Below are positions 8,890-18,016 of a stretch of DNA of 37,168 nucleotides, one piece after another. Both the position numbers and the translations under genes were made by a program. The DNA comes from a virus (lineage: Duplodnaviria; Caudoviricetes), in IMG/VR virus record IMGVR_UViG_3300011337_000014, positions 1 through 37,168 of that record. One strand, written 5' to 3'. A model generated the notes under the pieces. It did no database searches and was not told where the DNA came from. It worked only from the letters and a program-made list of their open reading frames with translations. Within the stretch, counting starts at the first letter, position 1. Each line of letters starts with the position of its first letter.

Positions 8890-9405
8890 ATGCAAGTCAC
8901 TTACGGTAAAGGTTTTGAAGTTGCGCCAAACGCCCCAGTAAAAGTGCGTTTTCGTGAGGCTATTCTTACCGTGCAGGATGGAATGCAGAAACTGATTGAC
9001 GAGGGTGCTATTGAGTCAAACCTTGACGATTGTGTGCTAAGGCACTACTTTACGCCAAAGGATGAGAAGTACGGCTGCTGTACCTATGCCCGTGAAATGA
9101 TGATCCCAAAAGGAACATTAATCATTGGAAAGATTCATCGTCACCAGCATTTGAATTTTATTTCCAAGGGCAAGGTCAAAGTTTTTACTGAATTTGGGGA
9201 AAAACACCTTGAAGCCCCATGCACTTTTATCTCTGAAGTTGGGCTAAAGCGTGCGGTCTATGCTGAAGAAGATACCATCTGGACTACTGTTCATTTGACA
9301 GAATTCGACAAAGAAGCCGAATTGGATAAAATAGAGACAGAAGTCATTGCCCCGTCTTATGACGATATGGGTTTAATCGCATCAACTGCTGCATTGCAGT
9401 TATAA
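8890..9405 (+). CDS. Cupin-like hypothetical protein
   Basis: YAREMMIPKGTLIIGKIHRHQHLNFISKG..TTVH cupin-type His motif. Confidence 0.65.
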   Translation: MQVTYGKGFEVAPNAPVKVRFREAILTVQDGMQKLIDEGAIESNLDDCVLRHYFTPKDEKYGCCTYAREMMIPKGTLIIGKIHRHQHLNFISKGKVKVFTEFGEKHLEAPCTFISEVGLKRAVYAEEDTIWTTVHLTEFDKEAELDKIETEVIAPSYDDMGLIASTAALQL

Positions 9406-9416
9406 GGAGAAATATT

Positions 9417-10136
9417 ATGGCATGGGGCGTTGTAGCAACAATAGGTGGAAATTTATATAGCGCATCTCAAAACCGTGAGGCAGCATCACGCGCCTCTGAC
9501 GCGGCGACTCAAGCTAATGAACGCTCGATGGCTTTTCAGCGTGAGATGTTTGACAAGCAGCTAGGATTGACCGCCCCTTACCGTGAAGGTGGCGCTACTG
9601 CTCAAAACCGATTGATGGAACTCTTGGGTATTGGCACTAACACTGGGGGTGCTGACTACGGTAAATACGGGCGCGACTTTAGTATGTCCGATTTTGTTAC
9701 TGATCCCGGATACAACTTTCGTTTAACCGAAGGACAGCAGGCCATTGACCGCAGTGCTGCTGCCCGTGGTGGTACGCAATCTGGAGCAGCACTCAAAGCG
9801 GCTGCTCGGTATGGTCAGGACATGGGATCGCAAGAGTACGGTAGAGCATATGACCGCTACAACACTAACCGGAGCAATCAACTCGCACCTCTTGGCAGCA
9901 TAGCCACTATGGGTGCAAATGCTGCCACCAATAGTGCAACCGCAGCGGGTGACTATGGTTCAAGAGGTGGCAGGCTACTGTCTGACACGGGTGTAACTCA
10001 AGGCAATGCTCTTTTGGCAGCACAACGATCTAACAATTCGGCTTATGGTGATATTGCAAAAAGTTTTGGCAGCATGGATTTAGATAAATTTAATCTTAAT
10101 ACTGCGCCTTGGATTGGCGGCGGCAGCATCTGGTAA
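9417..10136 (+). CDS. DNA ejection protein, gp7-like
   Basis: TAAGGAG RBS; Gly/Ala-rich; DPGYNFRLTEGQQAIDRSAAARGG motif; synteny. Confidence 0.75.
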   Translation: MAWGVVATIGGNLYSASQNREAASRASDAATQANERSMAFQREMFDKQLGLTAPYREGGATAQNRLMELLGIGTNTGGADYGKYGRDFSMSDFVTDPGYNFRLTEGQQAIDRSAAARGGTQSGAALKAAARYGQDMGSQEYGRAYDRYNTNRSNQLAPLGSIATMGANAATNSATAAGDYGSRGGRLLSDTGVTQGNALLAAQRSNNSAYGDIAKSFGSMDLDKFNLNTAPWIGGGSIW

Positions 10137-10155
10137 TCCCAGCTAAAGGAATATC

Positions 10156-11850
10156 ATGGCACTTAATTTTGACCTTCTTCAGCCTGCAAACATTGGGGCA
10201 AATTTTATGGCTGGGCGAAAAGAAGCACAGGACATGGAAACAGGTAGATTGCAACAGCAAGAAGCCAGACTTAAATTGGATGACTTTCAACGGAAACAGG
10301 CTGGGTTAGATCAGTTTTTGTCTGAAGCAGAAAAGCGTGGGCAAACTGGCGATCCAGTAGATGTGGCAAGTAGTTATTACAAATACGCAATGACCCAGCG
10401 TAGCCCCGAACTGATAACTCAGGCTACAACTTTGTTGCAAACAGCACAGCAACGCAAGAAATTTAACGAATTGCAGAACCCCAACCAATTGGCTGGGGTT
10501 GCACGGCCTGCTGCACCTATTGCTGGCGAACTCGGTAGTGGCACATTTGACCCCTATGCTGCTGCTGCACCTACCAATGCCCTTGCTCCTTCGGCAGCAC
10601 CATCGGCAATGACACCTACCAACGCTCTTGCTCCTAGAGCAGCAGCACCCGCTGCACCCACACAGGCAGACAGAATTTCTGAAATTAGAAACAGGCTGTT
10701 AAAGTTAAGTGAGTTTCCAGATGTTCCACAAGCAAAAGCTGAAGCAACAATGCTTTTGGAAGAATACAAACAGCTTAATACGTCTCATGTTGTTGGTGGG
10801 TCATTGGTAACTGGCGCAGGAAAATCATTGTTTACCGCACCTGCTGCACTAACCGACATTGCAAAATTAATAAAAGAGCGTGATGCATTGCCACCAGGCG
10901 ATCCAAGTCGCGCAATATACGACAAAGAGATTGCAGACCGTGGCGCTGCAAACCTTAATGCACAACAGCGTTTAGCTTTTGATAAACAAAAATTTGCTTG
11001 GGAAAAAGCCAACCCAGGCTACGAACTCAAAGAAGATGCCAATGGTGGTTATGTTGCAATTAACAAACGCACTTTGGAAGCAGTACCCGTCATGGTCGGC
11101 GGCGCGGCGGCTCCTGTTGCGGGTGCTGCTGCACCCGCTGTTAATATTCCACAACTAACTGATCCTAAACAACCCAATGGAAAACCATTAACTTCAACCC
11201 AACTTAAAGAATATGCAGATAAATATTTCAAAGGAGATGTTAACGCTGGAATTCAATATTTAAGAAAAGAGGGTTGGGTAGAAAAACCTGCTGATGTTGC
11301 TGCTCCTGCGATTGTGAGACCGCGTACTCAATTGATGGGTAAAGCCCAAGCACTGACAGAATCACAAGGCAATGCAACTGCATTTGGTATGAGAATGAAC
11401 GAGGCTCATTCTGCACTTAAAAAACTTGAAAGCAAAGGCGAAACAGGAACTGGAGTTATTGGGGGTACAGTTGGTGGCGTAGTTGGACTTGTCCCATTAA
11501 TTGGTGATAAGTTAACCGCTGGTGTAGACAATATTTTTAATGTTTTGCCAAGTGTTTTAGGTGGGTATAGCTCAGAACAACAACAAGTATTAAATGGACG
11601 CATTAACTTTATTACAGCAGTTTTAAGAAAAGAATCTGGCGCAACAATTCAACCAAGTGAATTTGCAACGGCTGAAAGATTGTATTTTCCCAAGCCAGGT
11701 GATTCTGATGTTGTAATTAAACAAAAACAAAAAGCTAGAGAGTTGGCTATTCAAGCCATGAAAATTCAAGCAGGGCCAGGCGCAAAGAACATTGGCGCAA
11801 ACGCACCTGTTGGCGGCAATGCAAACGATCCGTTAAATCTAGGAATTTAA
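10156..11850 (+). CDS. DNA ejection protein, gp20-like
   Basis: 564 aa Ala/Pro/Gln-rich, second of three internal virion protein genes. Confidence 0.65.
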   Translation: MALNFDLLQPANIGANFMAGRKEAQDMETGRLQQQEARLKLDDFQRKQAGLDQFLSEAEKRGQTGDPVDVASSYYKYAMTQRSPELITQATTLLQTAQQRKKFNELQNPNQLAGVARPAAPIAGELGSGTFDPYAAAAPTNALAPSAAPSAMTPTNALAPRAAAPAAPTQADRISEIRNRLLKLSEFPDVPQAKAEATMLLEEYKQLNTSHVVGGSLVTGAGKSLFTAPAALTDIAKLIKERDALPPGDPSRAIYDKEIADRGAANLNAQQRLAFDKQKFAWEKANPGYELKEDANGGYVAINKRTLEAVPVMVGGAAAPVAGAAAPAVNIPQLTDPKQPNGKPLTSTQLKEYADKYFKGDVNAGIQYLRKEGWVEKPADVAAPAIVRPRTQLMGKAQALTESQGNATAFGMRMNEAHSALKKLESKGETGTGVIGGTVGGVVGLVPLIGDKLTAGVDNIFNVLPSVLGGYSSEQQQVLNGRINFITAVLRKESGATIQPSEFATAERLYFPKPGDSDVVIKQKQKARELAIQAMKIQAGPGAKNIGANAPVGGNANDPLNLGI

Positions 11851-11852
11851 TT

Positions 11853-13694
11853 ATGGCAACACTTCTTGAATTTCGGGAGCAATACCCGCAATACAACAAC
11901 ACGCCAGACCTTGCATTGGCTACTTCATTGCACCAAAAATTTTATTCAAAAATACCACAAAATGAATTTTTTAAGGCGCTAGACATCAGCCCTGCGTTGC
12001 TTATCCCTGGCTCTGAAAACACAATTACATTGCCTCAGCCCAAGATTAGCCTGCAAGACAGGATCATGGGCGTAGTTGAAACCCCTGCAATCATTGCAGG
12101 CGGCTTGGGACGCGCTATTACTACGCCATTGGCAAAAATCTTTGGCGAGGCATACGGTGGGCAAGGTACGCCACAGGGCAAGGCCGCAGGCGAAGAAGCC
12201 GCGCAAGCTGTTAGCCGACAGTTCTACCAGCCCCGCACACAGACTGGGCCTGAAATTGTTGGTGGAATTGGCAAGGTATTAGAAGCATTGCCACCAACCT
12301 TGGGCGCAACAGGTTCTACCTTAACTGCGCTGACTGGCCCTGCATTGCAACAAACAAACGCATTGATTCGCCCTGCTGTTGCTCCAGTCAAAAACGCCTT
12401 GGTAAGTGCTGTAACCAAACAACCAGCAACAGTAATGCAAGGTGGCGGTGCTGCGTCTACCGCTGAAGACTTGATGCGAAATGAGCGCCTTAACCGTTTT
12501 GACATTCGTGCAACAAAGGGTGAGCGTTCAGGGTCATTGGCTCAACAACAATTTGAGTCAGATGTCCAACGCGGCGTAATTTCTAATGTGTCCGAAGACA
12601 CTAAAACGGCTTTGACTGAGGAAATGAAGCGTTTTAGGGCGGGGCAAAAGAAAGATATTGTTGGCAATTTTGACAACATGACAGCTCAAACGGGTGCTGA
12701 AGTAGCAGACCCAACTATGACTCGTCAAATTGGCAAAATAGTTGACAAAGCCTTGAATGACGAATACACCAAGAAATTTGACAATTACAAAGCACTGTAT
12801 GCCAAGGCAGACAATGCGGGTGAAACCTTGCAACAAGTTCCATATCAGGGGTTGCTAGATTACATCAATACCAAGACACCAACAGCGAGAAAAACGCTTG
12901 ATCCCATCTTGGATTCTGTTGCTGAGTCATTGGCAATGAACGACCCAAACAAGACAGGAACAATCACGGTTCGTGCCTTGGAAGACATTTACCAGCAAAT
13001 TGGCAAAGTTAAAAATTCAGCAAGTGCTGGGGAAATGAAGCAGATCGTTACCCAGTTGGGTGAAGGTGCTGGCGGTGAGTTGTATCAGGCCGCACGGTCA
13101 GCAAGAAAACAACTAGCCAAAGAGTTTGAAGATGTGTCTAGAGTTGACAAGCTGCTTGGAACAAAAGCAGGTTATCAAGACCGTAGGGTTGCGCTTGACG
13201 ATGTGTTTAAGCACACCATCCTTGACGGCTCATTGGAAGAAATGCGTACTGTGACTTCATTGCTTAAAAAAGCTGGTCCAGAAGGCCGTCAGGCTTACGC
13301 AGAATTGCAAGGGCAAACCTTGCAACACATGAAAGATATGCTTACCAAGGGTGACGATTTATCTTTTAAGAACTTGAACACTCTGATTAAGCAGTTGGAT
13401 TCAGAAGATAAATTGGCCTATATGTTTGGAAAAACTGGCAGAGATCAGATTTTAGAATTGCGAGATGCAATTAAAGATGTGGTTGTCAAACAGCCTGGCG
13501 CAGTAAATTACCCAAACACGGCTAGTGCAGTCCTAAGAGGTTTAGAATCCTTGCAATCTTTGAGAATTCCAGGTGTCAAGTCTGTGGCTGAAATGGCTAG
13601 AACCAGTCAGTTGAAAGGAAAGGTTAAGCAGGCATTAGAACAGCCCAATAAACTGATTCCCGAAGTTCCAAGTACAAACGCATTAAAGCCTTAA
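11853..13694 (+). CDS. DNA ejection protein, gp16-like
   Basis: 613 aa helical, third internal virion gene before tail spike. Confidence 0.65.
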   Translation: MATLLEFREQYPQYNNTPDLALATSLHQKFYSKIPQNEFFKALDISPALLIPGSENTITLPQPKISLQDRIMGVVETPAIIAGGLGRAITTPLAKIFGEAYGGQGTPQGKAAGEEAAQAVSRQFYQPRTQTGPEIVGGIGKVLEALPPTLGATGSTLTALTGPALQQTNALIRPAVAPVKNALVSAVTKQPATVMQGGGAASTAEDLMRNERLNRFDIRATKGERSGSLAQQQFESDVQRGVISNVSEDTKTALTEEMKRFRAGQKKDIVGNFDNMTAQTGAEVADPTMTRQIGKIVDKALNDEYTKKFDNYKALYAKADNAGETLQQVPYQGLLDYINTKTPTARKTLDPILDSVAESLAMNDPNKTGTITVRALEDIYQQIGKVKNSASAGEMKQIVTQLGEGAGGELYQAARSARKQLAKEFEDVSRVDKLLGTKAGYQDRRVALDDVFKHTILDGSLEEMRTVTSLLKKAGPEGRQAYAELQGQTLQHMKDMLTKGDDLSFKNLNTLIKQLDSEDKLAYMFGKTGRDQILELRDAIKDVVVKQPGAVNYPNTASAVLRGLESLQSLRIPGVKSVAEMARTSQLKGKVKQALEQPNKLIPEVPSTNALKP

Positions 13695-13709
13695 TCGAGG
13701 ACTAATCTC

Positions 13710-14981
13710 ATGGCATCACTTACCCCTACACCAAAGCAGCAGATTTACGGCAGCGATGGCAACCCGTTAGTCGGTGGCAAGATTTACACCTACGCCGCTG
13801 GTACAACGACTCCATTGGCAACCTACACGGATTATGGTGCTGGTACACCCAACACTAATCCGATTATTTTGAATTCGCTGGGTCAAGCTAACATCTGGCT
13901 GGCTACATCATCCTCGTACAAGTTCAGCGTGTTTACATCTGCCGATGTGCTGCTCTATACCGTGGACAACATTGCCACACCGATTGACTATATCTCCCTA
14001 GTCACCTCGCTTGCCTCGCCCCCACCTATCGGTAGCACTGCGCCTAACACTGGCGCATTTACTACGTTGGCTGCAACCACTGGCACTATCACTACTGTCA
14101 ACTCCACCACGGTCAGTGCGACTACGGTCAACGCTACCACTATCACTGCAACTGGCACGATCACCGCTGAAACTTTGACTTTTGAGGGCGGTGGGTCAAT
14201 GACCAAGCCGCCAGAGTCAGGCATCCAGCCAATCACCGCAAGTGTGGCTGCTAATGCACTTACGGTCACACTGAACCCAACAACCTTGGACTTCCGGTCT
14301 GCTAATTTGACCAGTGGCGCTGTGGTGTCCCGATTGATTTCCTCAGCTATATCTGTTGTCGTATCGTCAGGGTCAACCCTTGGTACTGTCTCTGGAAATC
14401 AAAGTCGAATTGTTGTATTGGCACTTGACAATGCTGGCACAGTGGAACTGGCGGTTGTCAACATTGCTGGTGGTAATGATTTGACAGAAACAGGTGTCAT
14501 CAGTACCACTGCCGAAGGTGGGGTTGGTGCTGCCGATAGTGCATCAACCATCTACTCCACCACCGCACGATCTGGTGTGGCCTACCGTGTTGTTGGCTAT
14601 ATTGAATCTACACAGGCCACTGCTGGTACTTGGGCTACTGCCCCATCCACCATCCAAGGTTATGGTGGTCAGGCTTTGGCATCCATGAGTGGCTTGGGGT
14701 ATGGGCAGACTTGGCAACTGCCCACACGTGCTTTGGGGACAACCTATTACAACACCACAGGCAAGCCAATTTTTGTAAGTGTTTTTATTGCTAGTACGGC
14801 ATCATACGGTTTTATTTTTTGTTCTTTTAATGGGTCTGCTAATAAAACAATCGGTGGACTTGAGTGGATTGGCGCGGCAACTAATTATCAAGGTGTTGGA
14901 ACTGCAATTATTCCTCCCGGTCAGTCATATAACATTACAGCAACATCAGGCACATTGTCTGAGTGGAACGAACTTCGTTAA
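13710..14981 (+). CDS. Tail spike/fibre with P22-type head-binding domain
   Basis: GNPLVGGKIYTYAAGTTTP..NTNPIILNSLG N-terminus; Thr-rich repeats; GYGQTWQ..TTYYNTTGKPIFV tip motif. Confidence 0.82.
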   Translation: MASLTPTPKQQIYGSDGNPLVGGKIYTYAAGTTTPLATYTDYGAGTPNTNPIILNSLGQANIWLATSSSYKFSVFTSADVLLYTVDNIATPIDYISLVTSLASPPPIGSTAPNTGAFTTLAATTGTITTVNSTTVSATTVNATTITATGTITAETLTFEGGGSMTKPPESGIQPITASVAANALTVTLNPTTLDFRSANLTSGAVVSRLISSAISVVVSSGSTLGTVSGNQSRIVVLALDNAGTVELAVVNIAGGNDLTETGVISTTAEGGVGAADSASTIYSTTARSGVAYRVVGYIESTQATAGTWATAPSTIQGYGGQALASMSGLGYGQTWQLPTRALGTTYYNTTGKPIFVSVFIASTASYGFIFCSFNGSANKTIGGLEWIGAATNYQGVGTAIIPPGQSYNITATSGTLSEWNELR

Positions 14982-14990
14982 GGATTAGAA

Positions 14991-15260
14991 ATGCCACATT
15001 ACAAAGCCCCCGACAACTCCCTGCACTTTATTGAGCCTGAGTACGCTCACCTACTCCCTCAAGGCAGTGTTCAAATTACTGATGCACAGGCCGAAGCCTT
15101 GCGTCCAGTAGCACCAGCACCGACTTATGCCCAGTTGCGTGCGCCTAAGTACCCACCGATTGCTGACTACCTTGATGGCGTGGTTAAGGGCGACCAAGCG
15201 CAGATTGACACTTACATTGCTGCGTGCCTAGCAGTCAAAGCACTGCACCCTAAGGCATGA
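14991..15260 (+). CDS. Tail fibre assembly/chaperone-like protein
   Basis: YAQLRAPKYPPIADYLDG..CLAVKALHPK motif; directly after fibre. Confidence 0.65.
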   Translation: MPHYKAPDNSLHFIEPEYAHLLPQGSVQITDAQAEALRPVAPAPTYAQLRAPKYPPIADYLDGVVKGDQAQIDTYIAACLAVKALHPKA

Positions 15261-15261
15261 C

Positions 15262-15483
15262 ATGGACTACCAAGTATTTTTTAATGCAGCCCTTGGGTTA
15301 GCGGCGTTTCTTGGCGGGTGGACACTGAACAGTATCACCAAAGCCATTGAGCGCCTTGATACCGATGTGCGGAATATGCCTCATGCCTATGTGTCCAAGG
15401 ACGACTACAAGGATGAGTTGCGTAGCGTTAAAGAAATGCTTGGTAAGATTTTTGACCAACTTAATGCTAAAGCGGATAAGTGA
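15262..15483 (+). CDS. Small membrane protein, holin-like
   Basis: N-terminal TMD plus coiled coil ending KIFDQLNAKADK; start of lysis block. Confidence 0.55.
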   Translation: MDYQVFFNAALGLAAFLGGWTLNSITKAIERLDTDVRNMPHAYVSKDDYKDELRSVKEMLGKIFDQLNAKADK

Positions 15484-15653
15484 TTGATGCAATTGCCTCC
15501 GCACAGATTCAATGGCCCAACACCGAGACAAGAATCGTGTTGGTTTGCCGTGTCGTGCTGCCAAGCGAGAAGTATGGGGCTAATGAGTTCCTAGATAAAG
15601 ACGGGAGGGTGTGCCGTTGGGTTGTGGAGGTCAAAAATGATCGACCCAATTAG
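15480..15653 (+). CDS. Small 57-aa protein absent from ORF track
   Basis: GTGA overlap with upstream stop; MIDAIASAQIQWPNTETRIVLVCRVVLPSEKYGANEFLDKDGRVCRWVVEVKNDRPN. Confidence 0.6.
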   Translation: MIDAIASAQIQWPNTETRIVLVCRVVLPSEKYGANEFLDKDGRVCRWVVEVKNDRPN

Positions 15654-16110
15654 CGCGTTCGCCATAGCACAGGGTGCTATCAAGGGTATCCAAGCTGCAA
15701 TCAAAATGGGCAAGGATGTCCAAGGCATCACTGGCGATGTGATGAAGTTCTTTGATGCCAAGGACAAGGTAGCCAAGGAAGCGGTTAAAGACCCAAAGAA
15801 AAAGTACAGTTCAGATACCAGCCAAGCGATGAGCACCGTCATGCAGTTGCATGAGTTGAACAAGGCCGAGGAAGAACTCAAGTGGCATTTTATCAATCAA
15901 GGCCACAGTCAGTTGTGGAGTCAGATTCTTCTTGAGCGCAACAGCATAGTGCAGCGTAGACGGACACAGGAGATACTGGATGCTAGGGCGGCTAAGAACC
16001 GCAAGCAAGAGATTGATGAAGCCATCACAATGGCGCTTTGCATACTGGTAGCCGCTGCCATATTTTTCTTGGTGGCTTGGGGTGTAATTGCAATGAAAGG
16101 AAAGTTGTGA
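15637..16110 (+). CDS. Coiled-coil protein with C-terminal TMD (lysis region)
   Basis: GGAGG RBS before ATG 15637; MIDPISAFAIAQG; hydrophobic C-terminus. Confidence 0.7.
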   Translation: MIDPISAFAIAQGAIKGIQAAIKMGKDVQGITGDVMKFFDAKDKVAKEAVKDPKKKYSSDTSQAMSTVMQLHELNKAEEELKWHFINQGHSQLWSQILLERNSIVQRRRTQEILDARAAKNRKQEIDEAITMALCILVAAAIFFLVAWGVIAMKGKL

Positions 16111-16724
16111 GCGATGAAACGTTAAACGCCAATTCAACCCTTGATAAAGTTCTTGGGTATGTAGATTCGCCATTTAAACTTGCCGCAATCCTTATCATGG
16201 GCGTGGTTGCTTTTGCTGGCTACTTTGTGTACACAAACCAAGACTTGCTTATTGGTGCTTACAAAGAATCCAAGAAGATACCCAGCATTGCCGAGGACAG
16301 GGTTGAGGATGCCTCTGCCCACCTGTTCAAAACCACCAACGCCACTATCGTTGCGGTGTTCAAAGTCAATCCAATGTTTGGCACTAGGGTGCTGTATCGA
16401 GCCTACGCCAAGGACGGCAGAGACAAAACCAATGACGGGTTAGATGTTGGACTGTTTACAAACAACGCAGCCAATAACGCCGATGTAGTTAAATTGATGG
16501 CAAACGAAATCCCTTGCGGTGAATACCGAACGGCGCAGTCTGAAATGGGAATTTGGTACATTAACAAGGGCGTTACTTATACTTGCCGTATCAGTGTTCC
16601 ACCTGAACCGGGGCGGTTCGTGGGGCAGATAACCGTGGGTTGGGAAACCGAACCCGAAAACTTAGATTCAGCACGAACCATGCTGAGTATTGCAGCAACC
16701 ATGCTTTCAAGGAGTAAACAATAA
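16107..16724 (+). CDS. Putative T4 T-like holin (single TMD plus GAF-like soluble domain)
   Basis: GTGA overlap start; 205 aa; TMD then YKESK, ATIVAVFKVNP, FVGQITVGW, SIAATMLSRSK mirror the T4 T layout as I recall it. Confidence 0.55.
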   Translation: MSDETLNANSTLDKVLGYVDSPFKLAAILIMGVVAFAGYFVYTNQDLLIGAYKESKKIPSIAEDRVEDASAHLFKTTNATIVAVFKVNPMFGTRVLYRAYAKDGRDKTNDGLDVGLFTNNAANNADVVKLMANEIPCGEYRTAQSEMGIWYINKGVTYTCRISVPPEPGRFVGQITVGWETEPENLDSARTMLSIAATMLSRSKQ

Positions 16725-17215
16725 TGGATTGGTTAAAACAAATTGCACCTACTATTGCAACCGCAATGGGTGGCCCGTTGGCTGGCATGGCTGTAACTGC
16801 TATCTCCAAAGCCATCGGCGTTGACCCTGACAAGGTTGGCGACTTAATTTCAAACAACAAACTTTCAGCCGAGCAAATTGCCCAAGTCAAGATTGCGGAG
16901 ATTGAACTTCAAAAGCAAGCCAATGAACTTGGCCTTAACTTTGAAAAATTGGAAGTTGAAGACCGCAAATCAGCACGGGATATGCAATCCTCAACCAAAT
17001 CAATAGTGCCGCCTTTACTGGCTGGTGCTGTGACCATTGGTTTTTTTAGCATCATGGTGCTGATGTTTTTTAACAAGATTGACAGCAGCAACCCTGCCAT
17101 CTTGATGATGCTTGGCTCGTTAGGTACGGCTTGGACTGGTATCATTTCTTACTATTTTGGCTCATCGGCAAGTTCTCAAGCCAAAACAGATTTATTGTCA
17201 AAGGCAGCAAAATGA
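16724..17215 (+). CDS. Holin-like protein (3TM/GTA-type)
   Basis: IAPTIATAMGGPLAG, DRKSAR, two C-terminal TMDs, YYFGSS; adjacent to endolysin. Confidence 0.7.
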   Translation: MDWLKQIAPTIATAMGGPLAGMAVTAISKAIGVDPDKVGDLISNNKLSAEQIAQVKIAEIELQKQANELGLNFEKLEVEDRKSARDMQSSTKSIVPPLLAGAVTIGFFSIMVLMFFNKIDSSNPAILMMLGSLGTAWTGIISYYFGSSASSQAKTDLLSKAAK

Positions 17216-17640
17216 ACCTCTCACCCCACTTCACCCTTGCGGAACTTACCGTAACCGACCACAGGGAGTTTGATAATTCCCCAACGCAGGAAGAAATTAG
17301 CAACCTGCAACGCTTGGCGCAACTGCTGGAACAGGTCAAAGAGGCCATTGGTGGCAAGCCTGTAATGATTAACTCTGCGTTCCGATGCAAGCAGGTCAAT
17401 GACGCAGTGGGCAGCAAAGACTCTAGCCAGCACCGTCATGGCTGCGCGGCTGACCTCCGAGTGCCAGGTATGACCCCCGACGAGGTAGTCCGTGCTGTGA
17501 TTGCTGCGGGTTTGCCGTTCGATCAGATCATCCGTGAGTTTGACCGCTGGACACATATCAGCATCCCTAACGTGGATGGCGCAGAACCCCGTGGGTCAGC
17601 GTTGATTATTGACAAGGCTGGCACTCGTCAGTTTGCGTAA
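17212..17640 (+). CDS. Endolysin, peptidase M15A family
   Basis: LSPHFTLAELT, SAFRC..N.AVG..SSQH..G.AAD, WTHIS zinc ligands. Confidence 0.88.
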   Translation: MNLSPHFTLAELTVTDHREFDNSPTQEEISNLQRLAQLLEQVKEAIGGKPVMINSAFRCKQVNDAVGSKDSSQHRHGCAADLRVPGMTPDEVVRAVIAAGLPFDQIIREFDRWTHISIPNVDGAEPRGSALIIDKAGTRQFA

Positions 17641-17778
17641 CTCGCACATTGCGTCCTTAAAGTCGCCCTGCAACTGCTCAATGGTTTCCTGCTGCTGCTG
17701 CATTTTGCGGTAAGCCTCGGCTGAAAACTGGGCAAGGTTTTCATGTGACCATGCTGCAAATTTTGGTAAGTCACTCAC
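17596..17778 (-). CDS. Hypothetical coiled-coil protein
   Basis: GGAGG RBS then GTG at 17778; overlaps endolysin 3' end. Confidence 0.6.
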   Translation of the reverse strand: MSDLPKFAAWSHENLAQFSAEAYRKMQQQQETIEQLQGDFKDAMCELRKLTSASLVNNQR

Positions 17779-17779
17779 A

Positions 17780-18016
17780 TTACCTCCAAGCATTTTGCAG
17801 TGCCAACAGGCCATCATTGTTGCTCTGCTGCTTGCCATTTGATTCGGTAGCCACAAACAGACCGCATTCGGTGTAGCCCTTGCGACCTGGTCGCAGGTTT
17901 ACCAGTTGGTTTTTACGCACGGCGTTGTAGATGGCATGGCGTGAGATGCCAGCTTCTTCAATCTCATGGGTGGTCTTAGGCGTTTCGCAAAAGTTAACTA
18001 CTAATTTGATGGTCAT
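17780..18016 (-). CDS. Hypothetical, possible HTH protein
   Basis: TTHEIEEAGISRHAIYNAVR HTH-like; ATGA coupling. Confidence 0.6.
   Translation of the reverse strand: MTIKLVVNFCETPKTTHEIEEAGISRHAIYNAVRKNQLVNLRPGRKGYTECGLFVATESNGKQQSNNDGLLALQNAWR

Noticed and set aside
13710-14981. Diversity-generating retroelement or invertible tail-fibre system
   Set aside because: No reverse transcriptase, template repeat, invertase or second tip cassette seen
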